DNA from: Obrimoposthia wandeli
Taxonomy: Eukaryota
Reading direction: 5' to 3'
Length of the DNA: 64,000 nt
Assembly: GCA_977020255.1 (NCBI GenBank)
Contig: CDROCS010000122.1
Coordinates: 434,001 to 498,000, forward strand
Below the pieces are notes generated by a model, which had not been told where the DNA came from, did no database searches, and saw nothing but the letters and a program-made list of their open reading frames with translations. This document shows positions 17,900 to 28,325 of the stretch, one piece after another (within the stretch, counting starts at the first letter, position 1; each line of letters starts with the position of its first letter). Both the position numbers and the translations under genes were made by a program.

Positions 17900-19567
17900 A
17901 TGGCTGAATACGTTTATACCATGCAGCGCGTGGGCAAAATTGTTCCACCAAAGCGTCAAATCCTTAAAGATATTTCATTAAGTTTTTTCCACGGCGCCAA
18001 AATTGGTGTTTTAGGCTTGAATGGTTCAGGTAAATCAAGCCTGCTCCGTATTATGGCAGGTATTGATGATGACATTGAGGGTGAAGCACGCCCACAAGCA
18101 GGGCTAAAGATCGGCTACCTACCGCAAGAACCTGTTCTTGATGAAGAAAAAACAGTACGTGAAATTGTTGAAGAGGCAGTCTCTGACGTAAAAAATGCCT
18201 TAACACGTCTTGATGCGGTTTATGCAGCGTATGCTGAACCTGATGCAGATTTCGATGTGCTTGCTAAAGAGCAGGGTGAGCTTGAATCCCTTATCGAAAC
18301 CAAAGACGGCCATAATCTAGAGAATACTCTTGAGCGTGCGGCTGATGCATTACGCCTTCCTGAATGGGACGCACCGATTAAACTACTGTCAGGTGGTGAA
18401 CGCCGTCGTGTGGCAATTTGTCGCTTATTGCTTGATAAGCCCGACATGCTGTTACTTGATGAACCGACAAACCACCTAGATGCTGAATCGGTTGCATGGC
18501 TTGAGCACTTCCTATGTGAGTACTCTGGTACTGTTGTGGCAATTACCCACGACCGTTACTTCCTTGATAATGCAGCAGGTTGGATTCTTGAGCTTGACCG
18601 TGGTGAAGGTATTCCATGGGAAGGTAACTATACATCTTGGCTTGAGCAGAAAGATGCACGTCTACAGCAAGAATCATCTCAAGAAAATGCACGTCAAAAG
18701 ACGATTGCTAAAGAGCTTGAGTGGGTTCGTCAAAATCCGAAAGGTCGTCAAGCGAAATCAAAAGCACGTATGGCGCGCTTTGAAGAGCTTAATACTAGCG
18801 ACCACCAGAAGCGTAACGAAACCAATGAACTGTTTATCCCACCGGGTGAGCGCTTAGGTGACAAGGTTATTGATGTAACCAACCTAACAAAATCATACGG
18901 TGATCGTGTATTGATCGATGATCTATCGTTCAGCATGCCAAAAGGTGCCATCGTCGGCATTATCGGTGCCAATGGTGCCGGTAAATCAACACTGTTTAAG
19001 ATGCTAAGTGGCGCTGAACAGCCTGATTCAGGTACGGTAGAAATCGGTACAACGGTTAGCCTTGCATCTGTTGATCAGTTCCGCGATAGCATGAACGATA
19101 GCAACACCGTTTATCAGGAAATTTCTGAAGGTGCTGAAATTATTCGTATCAACAACTACGAAGTACCCGCACGCGCTTATGTGTCACGCTTTAACTTCCG
19201 TGGCAGTGATCAGCAGAAACGTATTGGCGATCTTTCTGGTGGTGAGCGCAACCGTGTTCACTTAGCGAAACTGCTAAAAGCGGGCGGTAACGTATTACTA
19301 CTCGATGAACCGACCAATGACTTGGATGTTGAAACACTTCGAGCATTAGAAGAAGCATTACTTGAGTTCCCAGGTTGTGCCATGGTTATCTCGCACGACC
19401 GTTGGTTCCTCGACCGTATCGCGACCCATATTCTAGACTACCGTGATGAAGGCAAAGTTAACTTCCATGAAGGTAACTACACCGAATACACCGATTGGCT
19501 GAAGAAGACTCTGGGTTCAAAAGCTGCAGAGCCACATCGCATTAAATACAAGCGTATGATTAAGTAA
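17900..19567 (+). CDS. ettA: Energy-dependent translational throttle ABC-F protein
   Basis: 555 aa, two ABC domains, N-terminus MAEYVYTMQRVGKIVPPKR. Confidence 0.97.
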   Translation: MAEYVYTMQRVGKIVPPKRQILKDISLSFFHGAKIGVLGLNGSGKSSLLRIMAGIDDDIEGEARPQAGLKIGYLPQEPVLDEEKTVREIVEEAVSDVKNALTRLDAVYAAYAEPDADFDVLAKEQGELESLIETKDGHNLENTLERAADALRLPEWDAPIKLLSGGERRRVAICRLLLDKPDMLLLDEPTNHLDAESVAWLEHFLCEYSGTVVAITHDRYFLDNAAGWILELDRGEGIPWEGNYTSWLEQKDARLQQESSQENARQKTIAKELEWVRQNPKGRQAKSKARMARFEELNTSDHQKRNETNELFIPPGERLGDKVIDVTNLTKSYGDRVLIDDLSFSMPKGAIVGIIGANGAGKSTLFKMLSGAEQPDSGTVEIGTTVSLASVDQFRDSMNDSNTVYQEISEGAEIIRINNYEVPARAYVSRFNFRGSDQQKRIGDLSGGERNRVHLAKLLKAGGNVLLLDEPTNDLDVETLRALEEALLEFPGCAMVISHDRWFLDRIATHILDYRDEGKVNFHEGNYTEYTDWLKKTLGSKAAEPHRIKYKRMIK

Positions 19568-19590
19568 TATAGTCACCGTTAATAACGATA

Positions 19591-19620
19591 AAAAAAGAGC
19601 CGATATGTCGGCTCTTTTTT
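19591..19620. terminator. Intrinsic terminator after ettA
   Basis: AAAAAAGAGCCGA-TATG-TCGGCTCTTTTTT. Confidence 0.85.
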
Positions 19621-19850
19621 TATGTGTAAATCTTGTAAAAACGCAAATATAGACCTTTGATATCACTTTTAATTCATAACCATTCGATATAAAACACTCC
19701 GCCTCATCACTCAATTATAGATATAATGCCAATTTCTTTACGTTTGTCTTAATAAGCAACTGGTTTTAATAAATTTGTGATCATATTCCTAGAGATAAAT
19801 CTCTTTTTTCTTTAGACTTATGTGACGATAATCCAAAAAATAAGAAGATT

Positions 19851-20225
19851 ATGGTTGAACGTCGTCATTTCATGCGCATAATTTATCAGTCATCAGCCAC
19901 GCTTTCTCAAGGCAATGATGAATGGACTGCTGCTGTCTGTGATCTCTCGTTGCAAGGGATACTATTAACCCGCCCAACAGATTGGCAGCCTAATCACGAT
20001 ACACAATATAGCGTTCGCTTCTGCTTACATGAATGCGATATCGAATTGGTCATGGACACCCAATTAGTTCGACACTGTAATGATTATTTACGCATGCGCA
20101 TTCATCATATGGATATTGATAGCGCAAGCCACTTAAAGCGCCTAGTCGAATTGAACATCGGAACGGATGAACTATTACATCGCGAGTTAGAACAACTTGC
20201 CGACTTAGAAAGATCTATTAACTAG
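19851..20225 (+). CDS. plzA: Stand-alone PilZ-domain protein (PlzA-like)
   Basis: RxxxR (RHFMR) and DxSxxG (DLSLQG); position next to ettA as in Vibrio. Confidence 0.8.
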   Translation: MVERRHFMRIIYQSSATLSQGNDEWTAAVCDLSLQGILLTRPTDWQPNHDTQYSVRFCLHECDIELVMDTQLVRHCNDYLRMRIHHMDIDSASHLKRLVELNIGTDELLHRELEQLADLERSIN

Positions 20226-20247
20226 CAGTAGAAACGAATTATTCATC

Positions 20248-21240
20248 ATGCCTGATAATATTTGCATCTCGGTTTCAGATAACCGAGGAACCTCACATTA
20301 CCGTATTAACCGTTTTAAAAAACGTTATGTCGTGTTGCTATCAACCGTACTTATCTCTCTTTTAATAGGTGGCGGCTACAGTATTTATGTTCTCTATCAG
20401 CAGGCGCAATCTTCTGATTACCAACTAAGTCTATTAAACGGGCAAGCAGAGCAACTGTCTGAATCACTGACTGCTGAAAACACGACAAATAACGATCTCA
20501 CCAAACAGCTTGCAGATAAGAACGCAGAATTATTGCGCCTTACCCAGCGCGTGGATGATGTCGAGACGATTTTAGGTTTACAAGGCGATAGTCCTGAAGA
20601 CATTACGCTCGATCAGCGTATTGATAGTGCGGCAATTAGTTCTGCCGTTAGAGGCACATTATTTCGCTTGATACCCAACGGGAACCCTACCGATGATGTT
20701 CGCCTATCATCCGGTTTTGGCACCCGTATTCACCCAATAACAGGGAAACGTAAAAGCCATCTCGGGTTAGATTTTGCAGCGAATACGGGGGCGGCAATTT
20801 ATGCACCAGCCGATGCCGTAATAGAGCTTGTTCGCCCAAGTAAAAAAGGCTACGGCAATCATTTAAAATTGAATCACTCCCTTGGTTTTACCAGTTCTTA
20901 TTCTCACATGAGTAAATTCAATGTGAAGCGAGGACAGTTTGTCCGTAAAGGTGATTTAATTGGCTGGACGGGCAATACCGGCATGTCGACAGGTCCGCAT
21001 TTACATTACGAAATCCGCTTCTTAGGGCGAGCGATCAACCCTCGTCCATTTGTCGATTGGACGCCCGATAATTTTGATAATCTGTTTGAAAAAGAAAAAA
21101 CAGTACAATGGGCTGCACTGCTAGAGATGGTTAACAATGTTGTTTCAATGCAAGTGCAACTAACGTACGTGCCCCTGCCTGCAGATCCAATAGATACCGC
21201 GAGTACCCAAGCAGTTTCAAGTGATGAGCAAAAACTGTAG
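20248..21240 (+). CDS. M23-family metallopeptidase with N-terminal TM and coiled coil
   Basis: HLGLD (HxxxD) and STGPHLHYE motifs. Confidence 0.9.
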   Translation: MPDNICISVSDNRGTSHYRINRFKKRYVVLLSTVLISLLIGGGYSIYVLYQQAQSSDYQLSLLNGQAEQLSESLTAENTTNNDLTKQLADKNAELLRLTQRVDDVETILGLQGDSPEDITLDQRIDSAAISSAVRGTLFRLIPNGNPTDDVRLSSGFGTRIHPITGKRKSHLGLDFAANTGAAIYAPADAVIELVRPSKKGYGNHLKLNHSLGFTSSYSHMSKFNVKRGQFVRKGDLIGWTGNTGMSTGPHLHYEIRFLGRAINPRPFVDWTPDNFDNLFEKEKTVQWAALLEMVNNVVSMQVQLTYVPLPADPIDTASTQAVSSDEQKL

Positions 21241-21295
21241 AGGAATGCACGAGACGAACAGGCGGGTGATCAAAACATTCACCAAGAACACATAT

Positions 21296-21325
21296 AAAAA
21301 ACGAGAGCATTTGCTCTCGTTTTTT
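21296..21325. terminator. Bidirectional terminator M23/radA
   Basis: AAAAAACGAGAGC-ATTT-GCTCTCGTTTTTT. Confidence 0.8.
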
Positions 21326-21351
21326 GTTTGGCGCCAACAGCATCAGATAAT

Positions 21352-22731
21352 CTAAGACACGCGTTCAAATGCTTCTAACGCTTCTTGCAAATCTTCTACC
21401 GCAATAATTTCAATACCGTTAATTTTCCGGCTTGCATTCGCCTTAGGCACAATCGCGCGTGTAAAGCCCTGCTTAGCCGCTTCCCGAATGCGTTCCATGC
21501 CATTCGCTGCAGGGCGAATATCGGCATTCAAACCGATTTCACCAAACACCAGTACATCTTGTGGAAGAGGCTGATTCTTGAAGCTCGAGAAGATAGACAA
21601 CAATACTGCCAAGTCAGCAGCAGTTTCTTCAATCTTAATGCCACCGACACAGTTTACGAAGATATCCATATCAGACAGCATGACACCACCGTGCCGAGCT
21701 AATACGGCAATCGACATGGCTAAACGGTTAGAGTCATAACCAACCGATAAGCGACGAGGGTTCTCTGTCACCGAGTTATTACACAATGCTTGGATTTCTA
21801 CCAACAATGGCCGTGAACCTTCCCATAACGTCGTACAGGCTGAACCTGCATGGTTCTTATCTGACCGACTCAAGAAAATAGCGGAAGGGTTTTTAACCTG
21901 CTTCATGCCTTGTTCAGTCATTGCAAAGAAGCACGATTCTGAATCGGCTCCAAAACGGTTTTTAGAGGTACGTAATACGCGAAACTTTTCATCTGATGTC
22001 GAAGATAAAGCAAACAATCCGTCCACGATGTGGATTAACTGCATAGGGCCTGCAACATTCGAATCTTTGTTAATATGGCCAATCATTAAGAAGGTGACGC
22101 CTTCAGTCTTGGCAAAACGCGTTAGGGCTGCCGCAGATTCTTTGACTTGGCTTGGGCTACCAGCCGCTGAATCATTGTGTGCAACCGTCATGGTTTGAAT
22201 CGAGTCAATAATAACGAATTCAGCTTTCAGTTGAGTCACTAAATGCAAGACTTGCTCAACCGAGGTTTCAGCGACAACATTAATTTTATCAATGTTTTGG
22301 GTTTTCAACCGTTCAGCTCGTTGAGAGATCTGATGGATAGATTCTTCACCTGACACATACAATGCCGATTTTATGGCTGCTACCGCCCCAATACTTTGCA
22401 ATAGTAAGGTTGATTTACCCGCCCCCGGATCACCACACAGTAGTAATACTGACCCCGGTACAATACCGCCACCTAACACACGATCAAACTCACCAATACC
22501 TGAACTAAAACGCGGTAAATCTTTGTTTTCGACTTCAGACAACTTCTGTACTTTGGTTGAAGCACCGGCATAGCTGGTTGCTGCGCTAACAGAGCCTATC
22601 GCTGCTTTCGTTTTAGGGACCGTAAACTCTGTAATAGTATTCCATGCTGCACATGCGCCGCATTGTCCTTGCCAACGAGGAAAATCAGCCCCACAGTCAC
22701 TACACACATAAGCGCGCTTCATTTTTGCCAT
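21352..22731 (-). CDS. radA: DNA repair protein RadA/Sms
   Basis: CxxC-CxxC zinc finger, GDPGAGKST, KNRFG; start refined to MAKMKR at 22731. Confidence 0.96.
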   Translation of the reverse strand: MAKMKRAYVCSDCGADFPRWQGQCGACAAWNTITEFTVPKTKAAIGSVSAATSYAGASTKVQKLSEVENKDLPRFSSGIGEFDRVLGGGIVPGSVLLLCGDPGAGKSTLLLQSIGAVAAIKSALYVSGEESIHQISQRAERLKTQNIDKINVVAETSVEQVLHLVTQLKAEFVIIDSIQTMTVAHNDSAAGSPSQVKESAAALTRFAKTEGVTFLMIGHINKDSNVAGPMQLIHIVDGLFALSSTSDEKFRVLRTSKNRFGADSESCFFAMTEQGMKQVKNPSAIFLSRSDKNHAGSACTTLWEGSRPLLVEIQALCNNSVTENPRRLSVGYDSNRLAMSIAVLARHGGVMLSDMDIFVNCVGGIKIEETAADLAVLLSIFSSFKNQPLPQDVLVFGEIGLNADIRPAANGMERIREAAKQGFTRAIVPKANASRKINGIEIIAVEDLQEALEAFERVS

Positions 22732-22877
22732 TTTGTATCCTAATTTATTGATCAAACACTCAATATTTATCGAAATTACGGCAAAAAGACGTTTTTAATC
22801 GATTAATCTCACTACACACTTAAGATTTGCTGCAAAATGCAGATAATAAAAGCACAAGTAATGTATCAGAAAATAAG

Positions 22878-25229
22878 ATGTTACTGGACGAATATAACGG
22901 ACTAATCGAGCAACTCATCCCCGTTTACGATAGTGAAGACTTCGACGATGTCTTTTTAATGCTAACGTATGAGGAAACTGGCCCAACTCGCCTTCAGCTC
23001 AAACTCGAAATAAAGCGTATGATGGCACCTTGCCTGCAAATTGTTGATCTTCGCGGTCGCGTAAAAGGTGAATGCCGCCCGTATGATCTTCATGGTCTCA
23101 TCCATTGGTTAGATGATGTCGCGATCAATACTTATCACAAACGCATAAAAGTATACGGTGGTAAATTTCGGGTCGGACTGTATGAAACATTAATCAATAC
23201 CCGTAATAATTTTCGCGTGCTGCATCATCAAGAAAAACTCAAACCACAAACCACCGAAAAAATAAAACAAGATACTCAGTTTGATGCCAATATGATTCGT
23301 TTTGGTCATTATTTAACGCGTGAAGAAAACCGTCTGCAAATATCGACGCAAGTGAACCTGCGCCTCCCTTTTGGTCAAGCGGTGCATGGGGTAACGTCTG
23401 ATCTCTCCTATTCAGGGGCTAAATTTAAAGTGCCTTCAGCCTTTAAATATAATCTTGGTCAAACGGTGAAAGCCAGCTTTCCGATATTAGCCGAAAAGTG
23501 TAATGATGCCCGCCTAGCGAAAGACATTGAGTACCGCATTCTTGGTATTGATGACAATAAAGATAACGACAGTTTCAAATGGCTACGCTTAACACTATTG
23601 GGTGATAACCAAGTACTGAAAGACACCATCAATCTGAATCAAAATCTGAATACGAGCCGATCTCGAAATAATCATGAAGACAAAGTGATTCAAGCTCGAA
23701 CCAAAGGCTATGAGCATTGCTTTTTAAAACACACCGCTAGCTTGCCATTATTCTTCTCTGGCACAGAATTAAAATACAGCCTGTTAACCGAGCATAACCG
23801 CAATATATGGGAAGACTGGCACGACGAACGCAACCAGCCCGTCATCAACCACCTTCTATCACAAGATCGCATGGCGATCCTTGGTAAAGCTGGGTTGAAG
23901 CAATGTAGTACTCTGATTTACAGCTTTTACCACGAACATAATCATAAAAAGTTTTACTACTCTGCGGCACTGCCAGAGATGAGCCAAGAGCAAAGACAGC
24001 TCTTTTGGCAAATCGGGGCAACACGTAAAAGCTGGCGAGTCACACGTATAACGGTATACCCAATCGGATCGAATGATCTAGAGCGTCTGCAAGATGTTGC
24101 ACCTGAAATGGTGGAACAATTCCAGCATTTAACGCATATCGGGGTCATGCAAAACCTAACCAATGACCAAGCACAGCAAGATTACAGATTAAGCATTAAA
24201 TCGCAATTACCGTCAAAAGCCTTGCATGTGTTTAGACATCAACGCGATCCTATTTGCCAAGCAAAAGGCGTATTTTTCGATCCCAAACCACAGCGAAGTG
24301 AAGATCGCTTTAAATTTAAAACCCCAGTAGAGATCCAACACCCAGAGCTCGGTAATGTGCTCGGGGCCTCTATCGACTTCTCCACTCGCGGGTTAAATCT
24401 CAGTCTTGCCCTGCCACTAGCCGCGAAGAAAGACGACAGTGTCATTGTTAAATTTAGCCAGCTACACAAGTTAGATACAAATTCATCACTAGATAAAATG
24501 CCTTACCGCATCATTAGAATTAGTCCAGACTGTCTCAATATTCAATTAACATCTGGCAGTGGTGAAGACGCTCAAAAAGGCGAGCAATTTTTACGACGAT
24601 TAATCAATCATAATGAAAAAAAACTGCTTTTATCTAAAGAGACTTTACCCAAAGGCCCACTATTATTAGCCATGCACCAAATGCTACTAACACGTCTAAA
24701 TTGTGTGCCTTATTTTGCTGAAAAGATTAATCACAAAGTCACCGTAAAAGCGATTGGGTGTAATTTCCCATTACCCGCCCTCGCGAAGTTGTTTAATCAG
24801 TTAGCAGACGGCAAGGGATTTTCGTTACAGCCTATTTTTAAAAATCGGGTACAACGAATGCTGGCTGAAACCATGCGCCCCATTGAAATTCGTCAACCAT
24901 TTGTGCATGAAGTTTACCTTTGGGTGCAACGTCAAGGTGACTCTGTCCAGCATATTGAGAGTAAATTGTTAGATGAGTTTGATGATTTAGAGCAACGAAT
25001 CAACTTTGTCAAAAAGGCCCGCCAACAAGGTGAGTTCATCGCTATTCGTATCACTGCGGTACCTGTTCTGAATCCAATGACGGCATTAATTGGTGAAGAG
25101 TTAGGGCAGTTGGCACGCTTAACAATGCACCGTGCACGCGCATTAGAAGTCGAGTTTACGTCATTAATTGGCAGTGGTGAAATGTTCGATGTTACGGATG
25201 AAGTACTGGTTAGACTCGAAATTAATTAA
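22878..25229 (+). CDS. plzC: Tandem PilZ-domain protein (PlzC-like)
   Basis: REENR/DLSYSG and RSEDR/DFSTRG PilZ motifs; between radA and serB as in Vibrio; start uncertain (track 22827). Confidence 0.75.
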   Translation: MLLDEYNGLIEQLIPVYDSEDFDDVFLMLTYEETGPTRLQLKLEIKRMMAPCLQIVDLRGRVKGECRPYDLHGLIHWLDDVAINTYHKRIKVYGGKFRVGLYETLINTRNNFRVLHHQEKLKPQTTEKIKQDTQFDANMIRFGHYLTREENRLQISTQVNLRLPFGQAVHGVTSDLSYSGAKFKVPSAFKYNLGQTVKASFPILAEKCNDARLAKDIEYRILGIDDNKDNDSFKWLRLTLLGDNQVLKDTINLNQNLNTSRSRNNHEDKVIQARTKGYEHCFLKHTASLPLFFSGTELKYSLLTEHNRNIWEDWHDERNQPVINHLLSQDRMAILGKAGLKQCSTLIYSFYHEHNHKKFYYSAALPEMSQEQRQLFWQIGATRKSWRVTRITVYPIGSNDLERLQDVAPEMVEQFQHLTHIGVMQNLTNDQAQQDYRLSIKSQLPSKALHVFRHQRDPICQAKGVFFDPKPQRSEDRFKFKTPVEIQHPELGNVLGASIDFSTRGLNLSLALPLAAKKDDSVIVKFSQLHKLDTNSSLDKMPYRIIRISPDCLNIQLTSGSGEDAQKGEQFLRRLINHNEKKLLLSKETLPKGPLLLAMHQMLLTRLNCVPYFAEKINHKVTVKAIGCNFPLPALAKLFNQLADGKGFSLQPIFKNRVQRMLAETMRPIEIRQPFVHEVYLWVQRQGDSVQHIESKLLDEFDDLEQRINFVKKARQQGEFIAIRITAVPVLNPMTALIGEELGQLARLTMHRARALEVEFTSLIGSGEMFDVTDEVLVRLEIN

Positions 25230-25255
25230 GCCTTTAGCCGTATTATATAGAACAT

Positions 25256-25295
25256 AAAATAGGGCCATGAGATGACATCGCATGGCCCTATTTTT
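25256..25295. terminator. Intrinsic terminator
   Basis: AAAATAGGGCCATG...CATGGCCCTATTTT. Confidence 0.75.
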
Positions 25296-25344
25296 CACTT
25301 AAAATGGTGAGCGATTCATGCCGCAATACGCAAGAGTAGCCGCA

Positions 25345-25490
25345 GTACCGTTATAGATAAGTAATACCGTTCTAATATAGGAAAATGTTATAACTAACAG
25401 ATAACTAGTGGCTCTAATTACAAAATTCATAACGACGTTATAAGGCGTTTTAACCAGCAAGAATGATCAAATATTTATGTAGGATGGTAT
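25345..25490. repeat. Near full-length degenerate copy of the dispersed inverted-repeat element
   Basis: Right end matches the 37.5-kb copy at 32/39; shared core TAACTAGT..CTAATTA.AAAATT..TAACG..GTTATAAG. Confidence 0.7.
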
Positions 25491-25495
25491 CAATG

Positions 25496-26461
25496 TTACC
25501 AACTTACATTTTGCGGCATTAACGATGCAGATAAGATACACAGCACCCCACCTAAGTCCGCATGACGAATCGCAACAGGTGCATCGGCTTCGACTTTTGG
25601 TTTCGCATGATAGGCAATGCCCAACCCTGCAGCCGCTATCATCACCAAATCATTCGCACCATCACCAATAGCAACGGTATTGTGCGGTTCAATATCATAT
25701 TCATCAGCAAGTTCATACAGAATATCAGCTTTTGCTTGCGCATCGACCACATCACCTAACACTTTACCGGTCAGCTTGCCGTCAACAATTTCTAGCGTAT
25801 TCGATTGAGCATGAACTAAGTGCAATTCATCTTTTAAGTAATCAGAAAAATAGGTAAATCCACCCGATGCAATAGCGACTTTCCAACCATATCCATGCAA
25901 TGTTGCTACCAACTCTCGCAGTTCAGGCATCATGGGTAATGTTGAACGAACGGTTTCAAGAATCGATTCATCCGAACCTTTTAAAGCCCCAACACGCTGA
26001 CGAAGGCTTTGCTCAAAATCTAATTCGCCCTGCATTGCACGTTCTGTTACTTCTGCAACTTGCTCGCCAACCCCAGCTAGAACAGCAATCTCATCAATAC
26101 ATTCGATTTGAATCGCGGTGGAATCCATATCCATCACTATCAACCCAGGCTCAAGCAGATCGGGCAAATCAGAGGTACGAGAAAAATCCAGCTTTTGGCT
26201 AATAACCGCAGCTGCAAATGCATCGGTTAATTCGTTTCCGATCAGCAATGCATCGTATGAGCCCACTTTCCAGGCTGCAACAACATCCAGCTCTTGTCCT
26301 GCACTGTCTCCTATCTTATCGACATCAAGATCAGTAATATGCCGACCGTACAATAACCATGATGCTTTCTGCTTGGTTGAATTAGGTACCGCCAATATTT
26401 GAGGAAAACGCTTGTTAAGCGAAGTGTGCTTTTTTATTTTAAGTAGTTGTTGCTCATCCAT
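25496..26461 (-). CDS. serB: Phosphoserine phosphatase
   Basis: DMDST HAD motif, ASGGF, GDGANDL. Confidence 0.96.
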   Translation of the reverse strand: MDEQQLLKIKKHTSLNKRFPQILAVPNSTKQKASWLLYGRHITDLDVDKIGDSAGQELDVVAAWKVGSYDALLIGNELTDAFAAAVISQKLDFSRTSDLPDLLEPGLIVMDMDSTAIQIECIDEIAVLAGVGEQVAEVTERAMQGELDFEQSLRQRVGALKGSDESILETVRSTLPMMPELRELVATLHGYGWKVAIASGGFTYFSDYLKDELHLVHAQSNTLEIVDGKLTGKVLGDVVDAQAKADILYELADEYDIEPHNTVAIGDGANDLVMIAAAGLGIAYHAKPKVEADAPVAIRHADLGGVLCILSASLMPQNVSW

Positions 26462-26740
26462 GTTTGTTTCTATCCATTTAATTCAAAAACAGCTTGGGCG
26501 TGATTGTTATTTGTTCATAACCACAGGCTATTTATAATGACACGCTATGCGCAATTACATTCTATTATAGCCCTTGATCGCACTTTCACGCCCAAGTTAC
26601 TCTTTGCCGTTACTATCAAAGTACCCTATTGCAATTTGTTTGGGCAAGCCCCAATATGGCAATCGTTTGATTTTGCAGTGTAGAATAAGAGAATATTCGT
26701 CTTACTCTACCAAGCTTATAACTGAATTACGTTGGTAATT

Positions 26741-27352
26741 ATGAAAATAAAAAAAACACGATTACAGCGAGCATGGCAATTCTTTGTCTTAATTTTCAGC
26801 CTAGGTGGCTTAGTTGCCATGCTGGAGTATGGCTCTGCTGTGAATATACGAAACTACGAGGTACTCAGTGAACAAACACAGTCATTGTCTCGTTTAGTTG
26901 CTCGTCAAGCCGCTGAAAGTGCTTCAAAAGATGTTGTCGATAACAACCAAGACAAATTAAAAGCCCTTGTTCAGCAAGTCTCGCAAGAACCCTTAATTTT
27001 AGATGCCAGTATCTATGATTTAGAGGGCGTTACTCTTGCGAAAACTGAAGATGCCATGCCACTTGAACAAGTTACTGGGCTATCGACACCCTTAGCGATA
27101 GCAAGCTTTGGACGTCAGCAAATTGTGGAGCCCATCTTTTCTGGCGATAACATTATTGGTTTTATGCGCATTACACTGGAACACGGTAAGTTACTCGAGA
27201 ATGCCAATAACCAGATAGAAGAAATGACCAGCATTGTTCGTGGGCTCATTATCGCCGCATTACTTATCGGCTTCTTGCTGGCCTACACCTTCGGGCGTCG
27301 TAAAGATATCTGGCACTTCCCGTTCTTACTGACAGCCAATGCGAAAGATTGA
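26741..27352 (+). CDS. ytjB: Smp/YtjB/AhpA-family membrane protein
   Basis: Two TMs flanking a periplasmic domain (DASIYDLEGVTLA); divergent from serB. Confidence 0.8.
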   Translation: MKIKKTRLQRAWQFFVLIFSLGGLVAMLEYGSAVNIRNYEVLSEQTQSLSRLVARQAAESASKDVVDNNQDKLKALVQQVSQEPLILDASIYDLEGVTLAKTEDAMPLEQVTGLSTPLAIASFGRQQIVEPIFSGDNIIGFMRITLEHGKLLENANNQIEEMTSIVRGLIIAALLIGFLLAYTFGRRKDIWHFPFLLTANAKD

Positions 27353-27398
27353 TGATCAAACAATCTATTTACACCAGAATACTTAGCTTACAGCCATA

Positions 27399-27428
27399 AA
27401 AAAAGACGACCTTGTGGTCGTCTTTTTT
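27399..27428. terminator. Bidirectional terminator ytjB/deoD
   Basis: AAAAAAGACGACC-TTGT-GGTCGTCTTTTTT. Confidence 0.85.
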
Positions 27429-27462
27429 ATATCTGGCTTAATGTTATCGAATCATCGATAAA

Positions 27463-28188
27463 TTATGCTTCGTCTGCATCACCTAGCAATACAGATTCAA
27501 GTGCGATTTCCATCATCTCATTGAACGTTAGTTGACGCTCTTCAGATGTTGTCGCTTCACCACGTAGAATGTGGTCTGAAACAGTACAGATAGTCAGTGC
27601 TTTAGCACCAAACTCAGCAGCTACACCGTAGATACCAGCCGCTTCCATTTCTACGCCTACGATACCGTACTTATCCATCGTTTTGAAAAATTCAAAATCA
27701 GGATTGTAGAACAGATCAGCAGAGAAAATGTTACCCACTTTAACAGGGATACCTTTTGCTTTTGCTGCATCAACGGCATTTTGTACCATACCGAAATCAG
27801 CAATAGCCGCAAAATCGTGGCCGCCAAAACGGATACGGTTTACTTTAGAGTCTGTTGATGCGCCCATGCCGATAACTACATCACGTAGTTTTACATCATC
27901 ACGTACTGCACCACAGCTACCCACACGGATAATTTTCTTAACGCCAAAGTCTTTAATTAACTCTGTTGCGTAGATAGAACAAGAAGGGATACCCATACCG
28001 TGACCCATAACAGAGATCTTACGACCTTTATAAGTACCGGTATAACCAAACATACTACGTACGTTACATACTTCTTTTACGTCTTGTAGAAAAGTTTCTG
28101 CAATGTACTTCGCGCGTAATGGATCACCCGGCATCAGTACTACGTCAGCAAAATCACCCATTTCAGCATTAATATGTGGAGTAGCCAT
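27463..28188 (-). CDS. deoD: Purine nucleoside phosphorylase
   Basis: [35 protein letters not shown]. Confidence 0.97.
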   Translation of the reverse strand: MATPHINAEMGDFADVVLMPGDPLRAKYIAETFLQDVKEVCNVRSMFGYTGTYKGRKISVMGHGMGIPSCSIYATELIKDFGVKKIIRVGSCGAVRDDVKLRDVVIGMGASTDSKVNRIRFGGHDFAAIADFGMVQNAVDAAKAKGIPVKVGNIFSADLFYNPDFEFFKTMDKYGIVGVEMEAAGIYGVAAEFGAKALTICTVSDHILRGEATTSEERQLTFNEMMEIALESVLLGDADEA

Positions 28189-28325
28189 AGTTGTGTCCTT
28201 ATTTCGTTTTTATAAACACTAAGTCGCGTTTTCTGTCATTACTAATAGCTGCTATTTCACTAAGGGGCAAGTATAAATAACCCCTTAATCAGTGAAATAG
28301 CAAAATGCGTAATCATTAACCTGAA

